Translations under genes and position numbers: made by a program
Part shown: piece after piece, positions 43,957 through 59,420 of the stretch
Layout: every line of letters begins with the position of its first letter
Numbering within the stretch: position 1 is the first letter of the stretch
The notes under the pieces: model-generated
Told to the model about the DNA's origin: nothing
Databases searched by the model: none
What the model saw: the letters and a program-made list of their open reading frames with translations, nothing else
DNA from: Octopus vulgaris
Taxonomy: Eukaryota
Assembly (NCBI GenBank): GCA_951406725.2
Contig: OX597827.1
Coordinates: 64,480,001-64,544,000, forward strand
Direction: 5' to 3'
DNA length: 64,000 bases

Positions 43957-44160
43957 CCTTTCTACTAAAGGCACAAGGTCTGAAATTTTGGGGGAGGAAA
44001 CTAGTCGATTATATTAACCCCAGTGTTTCACTGGTATTTATTTCATTGACCGTGAAAGGATGAAAGGCCAAAGATAACCTCGGCGGAATTTGAACTCAGA
44101 ACGTAAGGGCGGACGAAAAGCCGCTAAGCATATCGCCCGATTCTGCAATCTCGCCGCCTT
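43956..44160 (-). mobile_element. SINE family B (tail b) inside (AAT)n
   Basis: Matches the 6305 and 9910 copies. Confidence 0.85.
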
Positions 44161-44161
44161 A

Positions 44162-44209
<48 letters not shown>

Positions 44210-44566
44210 CGGCAGATGACAACGTGTCTCTAAAAGAAATGGAGAAACTCTCAAAATACAAAGACCTGGAAATAGAGGTAACTAGAATGTGGAATCTGAA
44301 AACAGAAACAATTCCTATCATAGTAGGTGCATTAGGCATGATAAAAAAATATTCAGACAAATACATAACAAAAACACCAGGACTTACAAACACATATAAC
44401 ATACAGAAAATTGCACTACTAGGCACTGCACACATCCTACGCAGAACACTTTCCATACAATAACCATCAGAGCATCACAACAAATCACAGCACATACCCA
44501 AGGCACACAGAGCTGTGCTCGGTAGTGAAGTGAAAGCACGCTATAAAAATAAAAATAAAACTACTG
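44210..44566 (+). mobile_element. Dong/R4 retrotransposon, short 5'-truncated copy
   Basis: KLSKYKDLEIEVTRMW..IPIIVGALG..IQKIALLGTAHILRRTL*; (AAT)n on both sides. Confidence 0.92.
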
Positions 44567-44624
44567 AATAATAATAATAATAATAATAATGATAATAATA
44601 ATAATAATATTGATATCAGTGCCA

Positions 44625-45366
44625 GGCATGCCTTGATGCAGTACCAGGTAGTGGTTCTCGTGGCTTTTGATTTTAACTGATTGGAAGTGTTATCATGTAC
44701 ATTGTTTTGTCTTGGTATAAAAGATGGGCCACAACAAATATTCTGTTCAATACCACAGATTTGCAGACACAGGTGTGTCGTTCAAAATCCTTAAACAACC
44801 TTTATTCAGGAACCTTTTGAGTGGGATGGGCTACTCGACCTGATGAAAATTCTAACTGGGTCTCACTTGCAAGGTCATGCACTGTTTATCCTGATATGAG
44901 ATAACCACATCGCGCACACATGGTTGTGATGCATGTGCCTGGTATACCCTTATCAGACAGGTAGGCCTAATGGGTATACTGGGCTTCGTATATTTTAACC
45001 CAGTATCACTTTGATGGCATGCACTGCTCTCTCGAGAGCATGATAGCTGTGTGTTGAAAGGAATTCTTGGAGGTTTGGATAATTCACCTCTGGAAACATG
45101 GGTGGTTCGTTCAACATCCTTAAACAATCCTTATTCAGGGACCGTTTGAGCGGGATTGGATACTCGACCAGAAGAAAATTCTAACTGGGCCCCACCTGCA
45201 AGGTCATGCGCTGTTTATCTTGATATGAGATCACAATGTCGCGCTCATATGGTTGGGATGCATGTGCCTGGTGTACCCTTATCAGACGGGTAGTCTTGAT
45301 GAGTATACTGGGCTTCGTATATTTTACCCCAGTGTCACTTTGATGGCATGCACTGCTCTCTCACTC

Positions 45367-45368
<2 letters not shown>
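44625..45368 (+). mobile_element. Unclassified retroposon 3' fragments (partial tandem) ending in (AAT)n
   Basis: Two homologous units at ~44770-45032 and ~45095-45368; a reverse copy at 56355-56762 has an (ATT)n end. Confidence 0.7.
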
Positions 45369-45439
<71 letters not shown>

Positions 45440-45615
45440 TAATAATAATAATATTTTTTTTTAGACATTCATTAGTACAACACCAAAAGCTCCCCCCCAA
45501 ATATATGGCACACTAGGCATAACAACAACATGAACTTCCAACCCTGTTGTCTCTTGAGGGCTCTGGGTGAGACTTGGGTCCAACTTGTACAAATGTAAAG
45601 CAAAAGTCAAACACA

Positions 45616-45681
<66 letters not shown>

Positions 45682-45784
45682 TATAATAATAATAATCCGT
45701 CAAGCAAATAGAAAGAAAAACACTATTAATGATACAAATAATAAAATTAACAAGAACAGGAAGAAGGAGGAGAAGCAGAAGAAA

Positions 45785-45828
<44 letters not shown>

Positions 45829-46025
45829 TAGCAGTAACAACAGCATTCGCACCAAGATCACTATGTTCGCATAAAATTATGTGTTAACATGTCCAGTCGA
45901 TAGGAAAGTTTAACAAGAAGACAACCAACAGCGCATTATTAATAACAACAGCAGCAGCAGCCAACAGACATGAAGCATTGCATACAGAATTACTTGTTGA
46001 CATGTCAAATATTTCAGCAAGCGAC

Positions 46026-46084
<59 letters not shown>

Positions 46085-46183
46085 TGATGAAATAATGATA
46101 ATAATAATGATAATAATAATAATAATAACAACAATAATGATAATAATAATAATAATAATAATAATGATAATAATAATAATAAT

Positions 46184-46278
<95 letters not shown>

Positions 46279-46290
46279 TAATAATAATAG

Positions 46291-47550
46291 ACACGAAATG
46301 AACTGTCCAAAATAGATAGGAAAACAAGAAAAATACTGACAGGATCTAGGATGCAACACCCAAAATCTGACATAGAAAGACTATATATACAACGTATAGA
46401 AGGTGGTAGAGGCCTTATACAGCTGGAAAACTACTATAAAATAACCACCATAGGACTGCAAAAATACCTACTTCAGAAGGAAGGAAAACTGATCCAGATA
46501 GCAGCAAAACACGAGCAAAACAAAAAACTGTTCTCAGTATTTAAGGAAGCTGACAAATACAAACAAGAAATCATACCACCTAATAAACACAAAGAAGAAG
46601 AAGAAGATGATGAAGAAACAACAAAAGCTATAAAACAAATGAAATCCAAACTAAAAATAGAACAGCAACGAGCCATGATAAAACGATGGCAAGAAAAGCC
46701 CCTTCATGGTAAATACTGCACTAAACTAAACGCAAAAGAAATAGACAAAGAAAAATCCCAGCAATGGTTGAGAAGCTCAGGACTCAAAGCAGAAACAGAG
46801 GGATTTTTAATTGCAGCACAAGACCAAAGCCTCCCCACCAGAAATTACCAAAAACATGTAATGAAAAGAAATATTACAAGTAACTGCAGAATATGTGGAG
46901 ATGGACAAGAAACAATAAATCATATTATCTCTAGCTGCCCAGTCCTGGCTAAGAAGGAATATATTCACAGACATGACAGAGTTGGAACCTACATACATTG
47001 GAAGCTATGCCAACATTATGGAATAACAACAGAAAAAAGATGGCATAGGCACACACCAGAAAAGGTCACAGAAAACGAGAAAGCAACCATACTCTGGGAT
47101 ATGCCGATACACACAGATAGAGAAATTAAGGCCAACAGACCAGATATAGTTGTCAGAGATCATGAAGAAAAAAATGCTTTCTAATTGATGTATCAATACC
47201 GGCAGATAACAACGTGTCTCTAAAAGAAATGGAGAAACTTTCAAAATACAAAGACCTGGAAATAGAGGTAACTAGAATGTGGAACCTGAAAACAGAAACA
47301 ATTCCTATCATAGTAGGTGCATTAGGCATGATAAAAAAATATTCAGACAAATACATAACAAAAACACCAGGACTTACAAACACATATAACATACAGAAAA
47401 TTGCACTACTAGGCACTGCACACATCCTACGCAGAACACTTTCCATACAATAACCATCAGAGCATCACAACAAATCACAGCACATACCCAAGGCACACAG
47501 AGCTGTGCTCGGTAGTGAAGTGAAAGCACGCTATAAAAATAAAACTACTG
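46291..47550 (+). mobile_element. Dong/R4 non-LTR retrotransposon, 5'-truncated (RT thumb, CCHC knuckle, RLE endonuclease, 3' UTR)
   Basis: ELSKIDRKTRKILT..HPKSDIERLY..GGRGL, CRICGDGQETINHIISSC, RHD, NRPDIV, LIDVSIP, K..KY.DL; a single frameshift in the A-run near 47170; (AAT)n on both sides. Confidence 0.95.
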
Positions 47551-47625
47551 AATAATAATAATAATAATGATAATAATAATAAAGATAATAATAATAATGA
47601 AATAATAATAATAATAATAATAATG

Positions 47626-47701
<76 letters not shown>

Positions 47702-48065
47702 CAATAATAATAATAATAATAATGATAATAATAATGATAATAATAATGATAATAATAATAAAAATAATGTTAAAAATAATATCAACAGCAATGTCTTCCT
47801 TTATAGTGAAACTATAAAGAAGAAATATAAATACTAATATAAAATCTAATAAACGTGTAAAGGAAACCACAAGTAACTCGAAGACGAAGAGAACATCGAA
47901 CAACGATAATAACAAATATCGACGACGATGACGACGCCGACGACGACGCCGACGATGGAAATAACAGCTTGGACTCTCTGCACCTATACGTAATGATAGA
48001 AAAACGAGGACAGTATTATATTTAGTGTTGGGAGTGATTTAGTGCGTAAGAAAAAGTACTTTTAT

Positions 48066-48149
<84 letters not shown>

Positions 48150-48164
48150 ATATATATATATATA

Positions 48165-48207
<43 letters not shown>

Positions 48208-48230
48208 ATATATATATATATATCTGTCTG

Positions 48231-48579
48231 TCACCATACATTTTCCCCTTTACACCATACATTTCCCCTTTACACCATACATCATAACACTGTGATACAC
48301 GATCCCTATTGATCGTTTTTTTCCCTCTTCCCCTTTTTTCCCCCCTTTTTTCTTCTTTTTTTACATTTCTCTTTTCTTTTGTTCATTTTCCTTTTTTCTT
48401 TTTTCTTTTCCTTTTTTTTTTTTACCCCTTTTACGATTCCTTTTGATCGAAAACCTACGCCACCTTTTTTTTTGTTTCTTTTGTTTTTTTATTTTTTGTT
48501 TTTTTCATCCCCCAAAAGAAAAGCTCTACCTTGTAACTCGTCCCATCTGTGTGCAGCCCTGTGTGGCCAATAAAGAAAC
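48231..48579 (+). mobile_element. Tx1/L1-like 3' UTR fragment between (TATC)n tracts
   Basis: T-rich UTR ending GCAGCCCTGTGTGGCCAATAAAGAAAC then (TATC)n. Confidence 0.7.
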
Positions 48580-48597
48580 TTATCTATCTATCCATCC

Positions 48598-48691
<94 letters not shown>

Positions 48692-48698
48692 ATATATA

Positions 48699-48740
<42 letters not shown>

Positions 48741-48742
<2 letters not shown>

Positions 48743-49348
48743 ATCCTTGTGGCTATGGCGAAGGAATGTATCTGGTGGACGCGTCTGAAAGGATTGGAGA
48801 CAAACACTTTCCTCTCTGGTCAATCTCTCATCAACTTCTTCAAGTACCACTTGAAAAGGAAAGTGAGAGTAGAGAGGCAAGTTTTGTCTAGCGAATGTTT
48901 TAAAAAAGATGGGTGAATGTAGCAAGAATGGCACGTATGAATGACGAAGCCACCTTGAGCATAGTCCTATGAACCCAGAAATCGAAAACAGAGAGTTGCT
49001 TATTTGCAAAAAAAAAAAAAATATAAAATGTGACTTCATTGACCGAGGTTACCGTGGTCTTTTCCGTAGGCTTTTCTTTCCACGGGTAAACCTCACCTGT
49101 CCTCCCCTTTACACTTCATATTGACATTTCTGTGATAACGATCCCTATTGATCAATTTTTTTTTTTTTTTTTTTTTTCTCCCCCTTTTTCTTAACCCCCT
49201 TTTTTTGTCCTCTTTCTCTCCTTTTACGATCCCTTTGATCGAAACTCCCCTTCCTTTTTTTTTTTTTTTTTTTTTAAACCTTCAAAAGAAAAGCTCTACC
49301 TTGTAATTTGTTCTATCTGTGTGCAGCCCTGTGTGGTAATAAAGAAAC
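48741..49348 (+). mobile_element. Tx1-clade LINE ORF2 C-terminus plus 3' UTR, flanked by (TATC)n
   Basis: [36 protein letters not shown] resembles the Tx1/L1 ORF2 C-terminal AKxxIWxxR motif; AATAAA end. Confidence 0.7.
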
Positions 49349-49882
49349 ATATCTATCTATCTATCTATCTATGTATCTATCTATCTATCATCTCTCTCTC
49401 TCTCTCTCTCTCTCTGGTTACCATTCTGTCAATCTTTTTCTCTCTCTCTATCTGTCCATCCATTCATCTCTCTTTCTCTTCTCCCTCTCTTTCTCTTTCG
49501 CTCCCTCTTCATAATGATCTGTATCATAACCAACATCAGCTTCACCGTCACCGTCACCGCTACTCCCACCATTAACATAAAGAATACTTGTCTTCGGTGA
49601 TAAGATGATGATAAGATGATGATAACCATTCTGTTATTGTGGATGTTTGTTGTACTTTTCGTCTCATCTTCTTTCACTTAAGAACAACGACCTTGTTGCA
49701 CTTGCTTGTTGCTCTTTGCTACCCCCGCTCTCTCACCGTAAGACAGATGTCTATATATATATATGTCTTTATGTACATATATATGTGTGTGTATATATAT
49801 ATATGTGATCGTGAGCCGATTGCCCTAACTACTAAGCCACGCGCCTTCACACTCACACACATACATTCACGCACAAACATAT

Positions 49883-50283
49883 TCTCTTTTACTCTTTTAC
49901 TCTTTCAGTCATTTGACTGTGGCCATGCTGCAGCACCGCCTTTAATCGAGCAACTCGACCCCGGGACTTATTCTTTTGTAAGCCCAGTACTTATTCTATC
50001 GGTCTCTTTTGCCGAACCGCTAAGTAAGGGGGACATAAACACACCAGCATCGGTTGTCAAGCAATGCTAGGGGGACAGACACACAAACACACACACGCAT
50101 ATATATATATACATATATACGACGGGCTTCTTTCAGTTTCCGTCTACCAAATCCACTCACAAGGCTTTGGTCGGCCCGAGGCTATAGTAGAATACACTTG
50201 CCCAAGGTGCCACGCAGTGGGACTGAACCCGGAACCATGTGGTTGGTAAGCAAGCTACTTACCACACAGCCACTCCTGCGCCT
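49883..50283 (-). mobile_element. SINE family A, full length
   Basis: Reverse complement of the 10801 copy; an extra 3' half lies at 50350-50490 (+). Confidence 0.9.
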
Positions 50284-50582
50284 ATATATGTATATGTTTG
50301 TGTCAGTGTTTCTCCCCTACTATCGCTCCCCCCCCCGTAATTAGTCTGATTACGTCCCCGTAACCTAGCGGTTCGGCAAAAGGATTTAGATAGAATAAGT
50401 ACTAGGCTTACAAAGAATAAGTCCTGGGGTCGATTCGTTCCACCAAAGGCGGTCCTCCAGCATGGCCGCAGTCAAATGACAAGAAAAGAAAATGCGCATA
50501 AATGTATATAAGTATACAGTTTTTTTTACAGTACTTACATTATTTACATTTGACGGATATTTGTCTCATCTTATTTGTTGTT

Positions 50583-50626
50583 GACAACGTTTCGGCTGAT
50601 ATACCCTCCAGCCTTCATCAGGTGTC
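50583..50626 (-). ncRNA. Minimal type I hammerhead motif (pLTR fragment)
   Basis: GACAC-CUGAUGA-A-GGCUG-(10 nt)-CAGCC-GAAACGUU-GUC; stem I appears shortened by a 2-nt deletion. Confidence 0.6.
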
Positions 50627-50728
50627 TTGGTGAAATTTCTAACTTGGGTGTTATCCGTAGATTTACTGCAGAAGCTTCATAGTGGTGGTTATAAAATAGG
50701 AGATGGAATGTGTAACAGACTTTATTGG

Positions 50729-50772
50729 GTACAAACACATGTTTTCAACCCGTTCTGGGTCTCCTCAGGTAC
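50729..50772 (-). ncRNA. Type I hammerhead motif
   Basis: GUAC-CUGAGGA-GACCC-AGAAC-GGGUU-GAA-AAC-AUGU-GUU-U-GUAC; all three stems pair; triplet UUU. Confidence 0.6.
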
Positions 50773-51284
50773 ATCAATAAAAAGTCTCACTAGAGATTTC
50801 TTGAGTCAGCTTACGTGTCACTATATGTCCATCAAATTCGGGAATATATTTTACGTAATGTAACAAAAATAATTATAAAAAAATAACAGAAAAACAGGAC
50901 CAATAAGAACCTACATATGAATTATACACAAAAGCTGTCAGAAATAAAATATGAATTATAAATGGAAACAAAATATTAAGTAAAAACAAGTTGGAAATTC
51001 ATAGAATAGACAAAAGACTTTCAGAAACAATAAATAATTACAACAACAGCAAATAACAAGAGTTATAGAAAGAGGACCCTCCTTTGTCCCATAAAAAATA
51101 GTTATTTGTAGCACTTAACTGTAGCAGTATGCTACACATAATGGAGATAACTGCGATATATAATATATAATAAATAATATATATAATATAATATAATATA
51201 ATATAATATAATATAATGTATATATAATATATAATAAATAATATATACAATATAATATAATATAATATAATATAATATAATATA

Positions 51285-51337
<53 letters not shown>

Positions 51338-51586
51338 TTGTATGTATTTATTGATAATGATGGTTACTTGACTTTATGGTTCTTTTACGCATGCTAGCCA
51401 CTGATATCATTGTAAATTATTAACAGTAATATCCTTATATATTTTTATATATATGTGTATACATGTATATATACATATATAAATATACACATATATACGT
51501 ATATATATATATATATATATATATACATAATATATACATATATACATACCTATATTTCTGTCTACAGACACACACACACACACACA

Positions 51587-51630
<44 letters not shown>

Positions 51631-51699
51631 TATGCATACGTATATGTGTGTATATATATACATATATATTTATATATATATATATATATTATATATATG

Positions 51700-51735
<36 letters not shown>

Positions 51736-51741
51736 TATAAT

Positions 51742-51801
<60 letters not shown>

Positions 51802-52108
51802 CAAAAAACGAAGACAGGTGTATGAACAACAAGCAGATGCATTAGTCTGGCGCTACCTATCTATATATATATATTTATAGGTAAAACTAAAACTCGAAAC
51901 TCAGAAATGATTGGTTGACTGACTGTCACTACGCTGCAGGACCTTTTTTCCCATCATCTCTTATCTTACCAATCATTTCTTCCCAAACGAATTTCATTCC
52001 TCACACCGCTTTTCACATTAATCATCTGCTTCTCGGCTTTCTTCTCCATGAGTGTAAAGCAAGTTATAGGAGAGAAAGTAAGTGTGAGCGAGAAAGAGAT
52101 AAAGTGTG

Positions 52109-52146
<38 letters not shown>

Positions 52147-53000
52147 AGAGGGAGAGATAATAGAAGATACAAGAGTGAGGAAGTGTAGATAGAGAGGGAG
52201 AGAAAGCAAAAAAAAATAGAAAGTGATAGAATGAAATAGAAAAGCCAGGAGAGGGCGAATATATTGGTGAAACAGGAAACGTAAGAGAGGGAGAGAGTAA
52301 AAGAATGAAAGACTATGAGATAGATAAATAGTGAATGAAATAGATAGGGTAAGAGACAAAGAGAGGGGGTTAGAAGCAGAGAGAGAGAAAGAGAGGGAGA
52401 GAGAAGCAGAGAGAAAAAGAAAGCGGGGAGTGAGGGGAGAGAGAGTGAGTGTGAGAGAGAGTGGGTGATCGATGTTATGATCAGTATTTTCCGTGCATAT
52501 CGTCTGCCTATCAATGTTTCCGCCATTTATAGTGATTCTGTTATCAGTTAATCTCGTTGCTCATTCGTATGCCAATGCGTTAAATACTTGGTAAGGTAAC
52601 CAGTTTATGGGGAACTCTTTGAGCAGTTACTGCTGGAAGATTTCTTCAAATTCCAACCGACAGTCCGATCGTCTTGAATAAAAGATATACAAGACGATGT
52701 CACTTCTGATAAAAATAAGTATATATAAAATTGAGGATGAAAGGTTCTTCCCGAGACATAGACTTATGAAGCCACTTTTCGGGATTCTGTGGCATATATA
52801 TTCTCCCCTTGATGAGAAGCCGGTCAATCACAGATTTACTAATTTTTACAAACTTGTGAACTGGAGCACCCTGAAATGAATGCTTTTCTCAAGAACATAA
52901 CGCATCGCCCGGTCCAGGAATCGAAACCATCTTACGATCATGAGTGTAACACCCTGGCCATTGAACCACACACATTTACCCTGGTGTGTATGTATGTATG

Positions 53001-53044
<44 letters not shown>

Positions 53045-53048
53045 CATA

Positions 53049-53115
<67 letters not shown>

Positions 53116-53276
53116 TACATACATAATATATATATAAATTAGAGAAGACCACTATTATGTAATTCAAACAATGATAGACGTAAATCATACCACATAAAAA
53201 AATAAAATATATGATAGGACATTTACCTAGATCATAATAAAGTACATAATAATAAACAGTATATAATTAATAAATA

Positions 53277-53646
53277 GTGGCTGTGTGGTAAGTGGCTTGC
53301 TTACCAACCACATGGTTCCGGGTTCAGTCCTACTGCGTGGCACCTTGGGCAAGTGTCTTCTACTATAGCCTCGGGCCGACCAGAGCCTTGTGAGTGGATT
53401 TGGTAGATGGAAACTGAAAGAAGCCCGTTGTATATATGTATATATATATGTATGTATGTCTGTGTTTGTCCCCCTAACATCGCTTGACAACCGATGCTGG
53501 TGTGCTTGCGTCCCCGTAACTTAGCGGTTCGGCAAAAGGGACCGATAGAATAAGTACTAGGCTTACAAAGAATAAGTCCTGGGGTCGATTTGCTCGACTA
53601 AAGGCGGTGCTCCAGCATGACCGCAGTCAAATGACTGAAACAAGTT
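53277..53646 (+). mobile_element. SINE family A
   Basis: Matches the 10801 copy; ends in an A-run. Confidence 0.9.
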
Positions 53647-53669
53647 AAAAAAAAAAAAAAAAAAAGACA

Positions 53670-54878
<1,209 letters not shown>

Positions 54879-55794
54879 CATTTACACACACACACATCTA
54901 TAGTAAAAGCGAAATTCTGGCTGTTCGGGACCACTGTATCTCAATATACATTCGCTCTGCACTTATACTCTTTGGAATTAAGATGATCCCAGGATTGAAA
55001 ATCTGCACTTCATTTGGTTCTTGAACATTCAGCATTAAGACCTGATTTAAAAGCATTTGGGTTGCCATTTCTTGCAAGTAAAGCTTGGCTGGCTCACACC
55101 ATCTTGGCTGGCGTTTGTCAGATGACGTCAGAGATCAAAGAGGTGATAAATGACACTTGCTTCGTTAATTTTACGTCGAGATAGGAACTTTCTAATAAAT
55201 TGGCCAACAGTTGGAATTCGAATTGGGACTGGAACAATAGAATGATAGCATCACAGAATTAATTCTCATCCATCTTTAACCTCAGATGAAACACCACCAG
55301 GGCATATAGTCATTATAGACGTATTATAGTCGTGCTATGTAGCTCTCTTTTGTATTGGGCCGCAGCCCCAATTAGCCCTCCACAGGAGCTAGTTTAAAAG
55401 TCGGCTTTTATGCTAGTATATATATATATATATATATATGGAGCAAATAGTTCAGAAGAAAAATATTTGCGAAGATATTATTGACTCTCTTATTATCTAG
55501 GGTAACAATTAAGAATGATAATAACAGAATCAATAATATAGACGATTGCAGGCCCTCAAAAAGCATTAGATAGCTGAAGGATAAAAAATTTATATAAATC
55601 AAAGGACATACAAAGTATGTCTAGCTGCTGGAAATAACAGTCAAAACTCTTTTTTAAATCGCCGAAAAAATACACTGATAACAACTACGCATATCAACTG
55701 TTTGCGAGCAAACGGGTCAAGACAATCTTTCAACATACATTCACGTATTTGGACTCACGTGGACCGGTTTCTTGACTGGTATCATAGCCTAACC

Positions 55795-56027
55795 CAAGGC
55801 AGCGAGCTGGCAGAAACGTTAGCACGCCGGGCGAAATGCTTAGCGGTATTTCGTCTGCGTTACGTTGTGAGTTCAAATTCCGCCGAGGTCGACTTTGCCT
55901 TTCATCCTTTCGGGGTCGATAAATTAAGTACCAGTTACGCACTGGGGTCGATGTAATCGACTTAATACCTATGTCTGTCCTTGTTTGTCCCCTCTGTGTT
56001 TAGCCCCTTGTGGGTAATAAAGAAATA
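55795..56027 (+). mobile_element. Young full-length SINE family B (tail a)
   Basis: 17-bp TSD GGTATCATAGCCTAACC at 55778-55794 and 56028-56044. Confidence 0.95.
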
Positions 56028-56354
56028 GGTATCATAGCCTAACCTTCCTCACCACGCGTTACCATGATGGAGAACTTCAACCCGTCATGTTGAAGTCTGC
56101 GCTGTAGCTGATTCGTGTTACGCCAAATCATTGCGGTTACCAATGTGAAATTAATCTCAATAGAGAACAAAACGTGATGGTCAGCTTATTGGAATCTCTA
56201 TCTAATTCGATACGGGACGAATTGTATGACACGTTGATTAATAAAATTTATTGATCGGATAATATCTGCTTTATGTAATCTATACAAACCATGTCTATGT
56301 TTGAAGCTAACTGCCTATACTACGATGATTATGGCTCTCACCGCTTTATCTATT

Positions 56355-56762
56355 TATTATTATTATTGAGTGAGAGAGCAGTGTATGTCATCAAAGTGAC
56401 ACTGGGGTAAAATATACGAAGCCCAGTATACCCATCATGGCTACCCGTCTGATTAGGGTTCACCAGGCACATACGTCACAACCATATGTACGCGACATGG
56501 TGTTCTCATATCAAGATAAACAGCGCATGACCGCGCAGGTGGCAACCAGTTAGAGTTTTCTTCTGGTCGAGTAACCCATCCCGCTCAAAAGGTCCCTGAA
56601 TAAGGGTTGTTTAAGGATGCTGAACGAAACACCCATGTTTCCAAAGGTGAATTATTCAAACTCCAAAGAATCCCTCTTAACACATGGCTATGATGCTCCC
56701 CCACTACTTCTGCTCGTGATCAGAGATGTACATATCGTCAGCCACTGAGGGGCATGCTCAAA
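56355..56762 (-). mobile_element. Unclassified (AAT)-tailed retroposon
   Basis: Reverse complement of 45040-45368. Confidence 0.75.
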
Positions 56763-57548
56763 TGTAGTATAGCTTCGGACTATACGACGGGATTCTTTCG
56801 GTTTTCGTCTACCAAATCCATTCACAAGGCTTTAGTCGACCCGAGGTTATAGCAGAAGACACTTGCTCAAGGTGCCACGCAGTGAAACTGAACCCCGAAC
56901 TATGTGGTTGGTAAGCAGGCTACTTACCACACAGCTACTCCTGCGCCTACATATACAATTGAAATTTATAGAAAAACAAAAGACGAAGACAGGTGTATTA
57001 GTTTGACATTCGAGAAAATGAAAAAGTATTTTATGTTTCGCTCTTCAACAGAAAGGAATAAGAAAAAAATAAACAGAGAGAGAGAATGAATAAAATGGTA
57101 GATTTCAGCGGCCCAACATGACAAATATATGTATGTGTGTGTGTGTGCGTGTGCGTGTGTGTTCGCGTGTATATATATATATATATATATCCAAAGTTCG
57201 TCCCAAAAATGTATACACACTTCAGGAAACGAAAAAAATTTGTCTAAATATTATAAATCTGTGTTGCTGCAATTTAATAAAACATCGAAAGAGTGTCTAT
57301 ATAAATAGAGGTACTTTTACAAGTTATATATTTATACAGCTTTTTCTTTTCCTGAAGTGTGCATACTTTCTTTTAGCGGACTCTGTATATATATATATAT
57401 ACATGTGTGTATGTGTATCTTTTTATCCGTGTTTGTCCGCCACCGCCGCTTGACAACCGATGTTGGTGTGTTTACGTCTCTGTAAGTGAGTATTTCGGCA
57501 AAAGAGTTCGGGGACAACAAGTATTAGGCTTAAAAAACCTTACTTGCT

Positions 57549-57890
57549 TTCCGCTTTACACCATATATCATAACACTGTGATACACGATCACTATTGATC
57601 GTTTTTTTTCCTCTTCCCCTTTTTTTCCCCTTTTTTCTTCTTTTTTCATTTCTCTTTTCTTTTGTTCCTTTTCCTTTTCTTTTTTTTCTTTTTATTCTTT
57701 TTATTTTTTATTTTATTTATTTATTTTTTTTTGTCATTTTCTTCCCTTTTACGATCCCTCTTGATCGAAAACCGACGCCACCCCCTTGTTTTTTTCCTTT
57801 TGTTTTTTGTTTTTTTCATCCCCCAAAAGAAAAGCTCTACCTTGTAACTTGTCCCATCTGTGTGCAGCCCTGTGTGGCCAATAAAGAAAC
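57549..57890 (+). mobile_element. Tx1-like 3' UTR fragment followed by (TATC/TGTC)n
   Basis: Close match to 48250-48579. Confidence 0.75.
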
Positions 57891-58025
57891 TTATCTATGT
57901 ATCTATCTATCTGTCTGTTTGTCTGTCTATCTGTCTGTCTGTCTATCTGTCTATCTGTCTGTCTGTCTGTCTGTTTATCTATCTGTCTGTCTGTCTATCT
58001 ATCGGTTTGTTTGTCTGTCTACCTT

Positions 58026-58176
<151 letters not shown>

Positions 58177-59137
58177 GTCTACCTATCTTTACAATGTTTG
58201 CAAAACATTACTTGTATTCATGGTACATGCCTCTAGCTTTTTTCACATTAATGTGTCTACTCAGAGATATCAATATTTCCTACCTTTGAGTTTTTTTCTT
58301 CGCAAAAGTATTCAGTAATACTTAAAAACTTTTGATTCATATCATAAGTAGTCTAAATGTAAACTAGGAAAACATTTTTTTATCATGTCTATCATGATAA
58401 TGAGATTTTTCGTATGTTGGTCGATGATCATAAAGCATGTTAGGGAATGTTTGAAAAAAGGTATAGGCTTTTTTTTTAGCAGTAAAATAGTTTTAATTTC
58501 AGACAAAGTTGCATTGTTATGGGTTGGTATGAGAATGTAAGAGAATAAATAAAAAAGATTCTAAGACATGATGAAAGTAAAAGATTTTAAATATATCAGT
58601 AGTATGTATGTATGTATGTATGTATGTATGTATGTATGTATGTATGTATGTATGTATGTCATTGTTCAGTTTTATTCCAAGATTTCTTACCAATAGAGAA
58701 AGAGGCGCTTTCTAACCAAGTCGCCAGCAACAAATAATAAATTTAAACTGCGTACTATATGGCCTCAGAATTAAGAAAATTTTACTGTGTAAATTATAGG
58801 GGTAAAAAGCTAGCTACATAATTATGCATTGCTTTAGCGATCCCACTGATGAACTACGGATGACAAATCAATTTATTTGCTCTTTAATAGAGAAACTCAA
58901 GTATGGGATTAACTAATAACTTTTGTCATTCTAGTGCCATTATCGGCGTGCTTTTAGAGATATTTTTCTCGTGATCTGGGTTTAACTGCCCTTTTTAGCA
59001 CATAGGAAGTCCTGTCAAGAGTTTTCTCTCTGTGTATAAATCTTTATACACTCTTATGTATGAAAATATGTTGTCTTATGACTTTTATTATGCATGCGAA
59101 CCACTGGTAATAAATTATTCTAATATATATATATATA

Positions 59138-59420
59138 TTATTTATATTAAGGGAATTACTATACATAAATGCTTCACGCTAGGAGGTACTCTTACAGTCA
59201 AAACTACCATAATAAATAAACACATCGGTACAATGTGTTTATTTATTATTATAGTAGTTTTGACTTTAAGAGTTCCTCCTAGCGTGAGGCATTTATGTAT
59301 AGTAATGCCCTTAATATAAATAAATATGTTTAAGAGGAATAATTTATGGATTTTTCCCTTATGAGCTTTTTCACGCTAACTACTTGATAAATTCTTATAA
59401 AGAATTTTTCCTATTTTTCA

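Larger units (their letters stand above)
43742..47765. repeat. (AAT)n field hosting several retroelement insertions
   Basis: At least seven (AAT)n runs separated by element fragments. Confidence 0.9.

Noticed and set aside
52460-52860. Unique non-repetitive island, possible regulatory element
   Set aside because: No motif or ORF that I can support without cross-species alignment.
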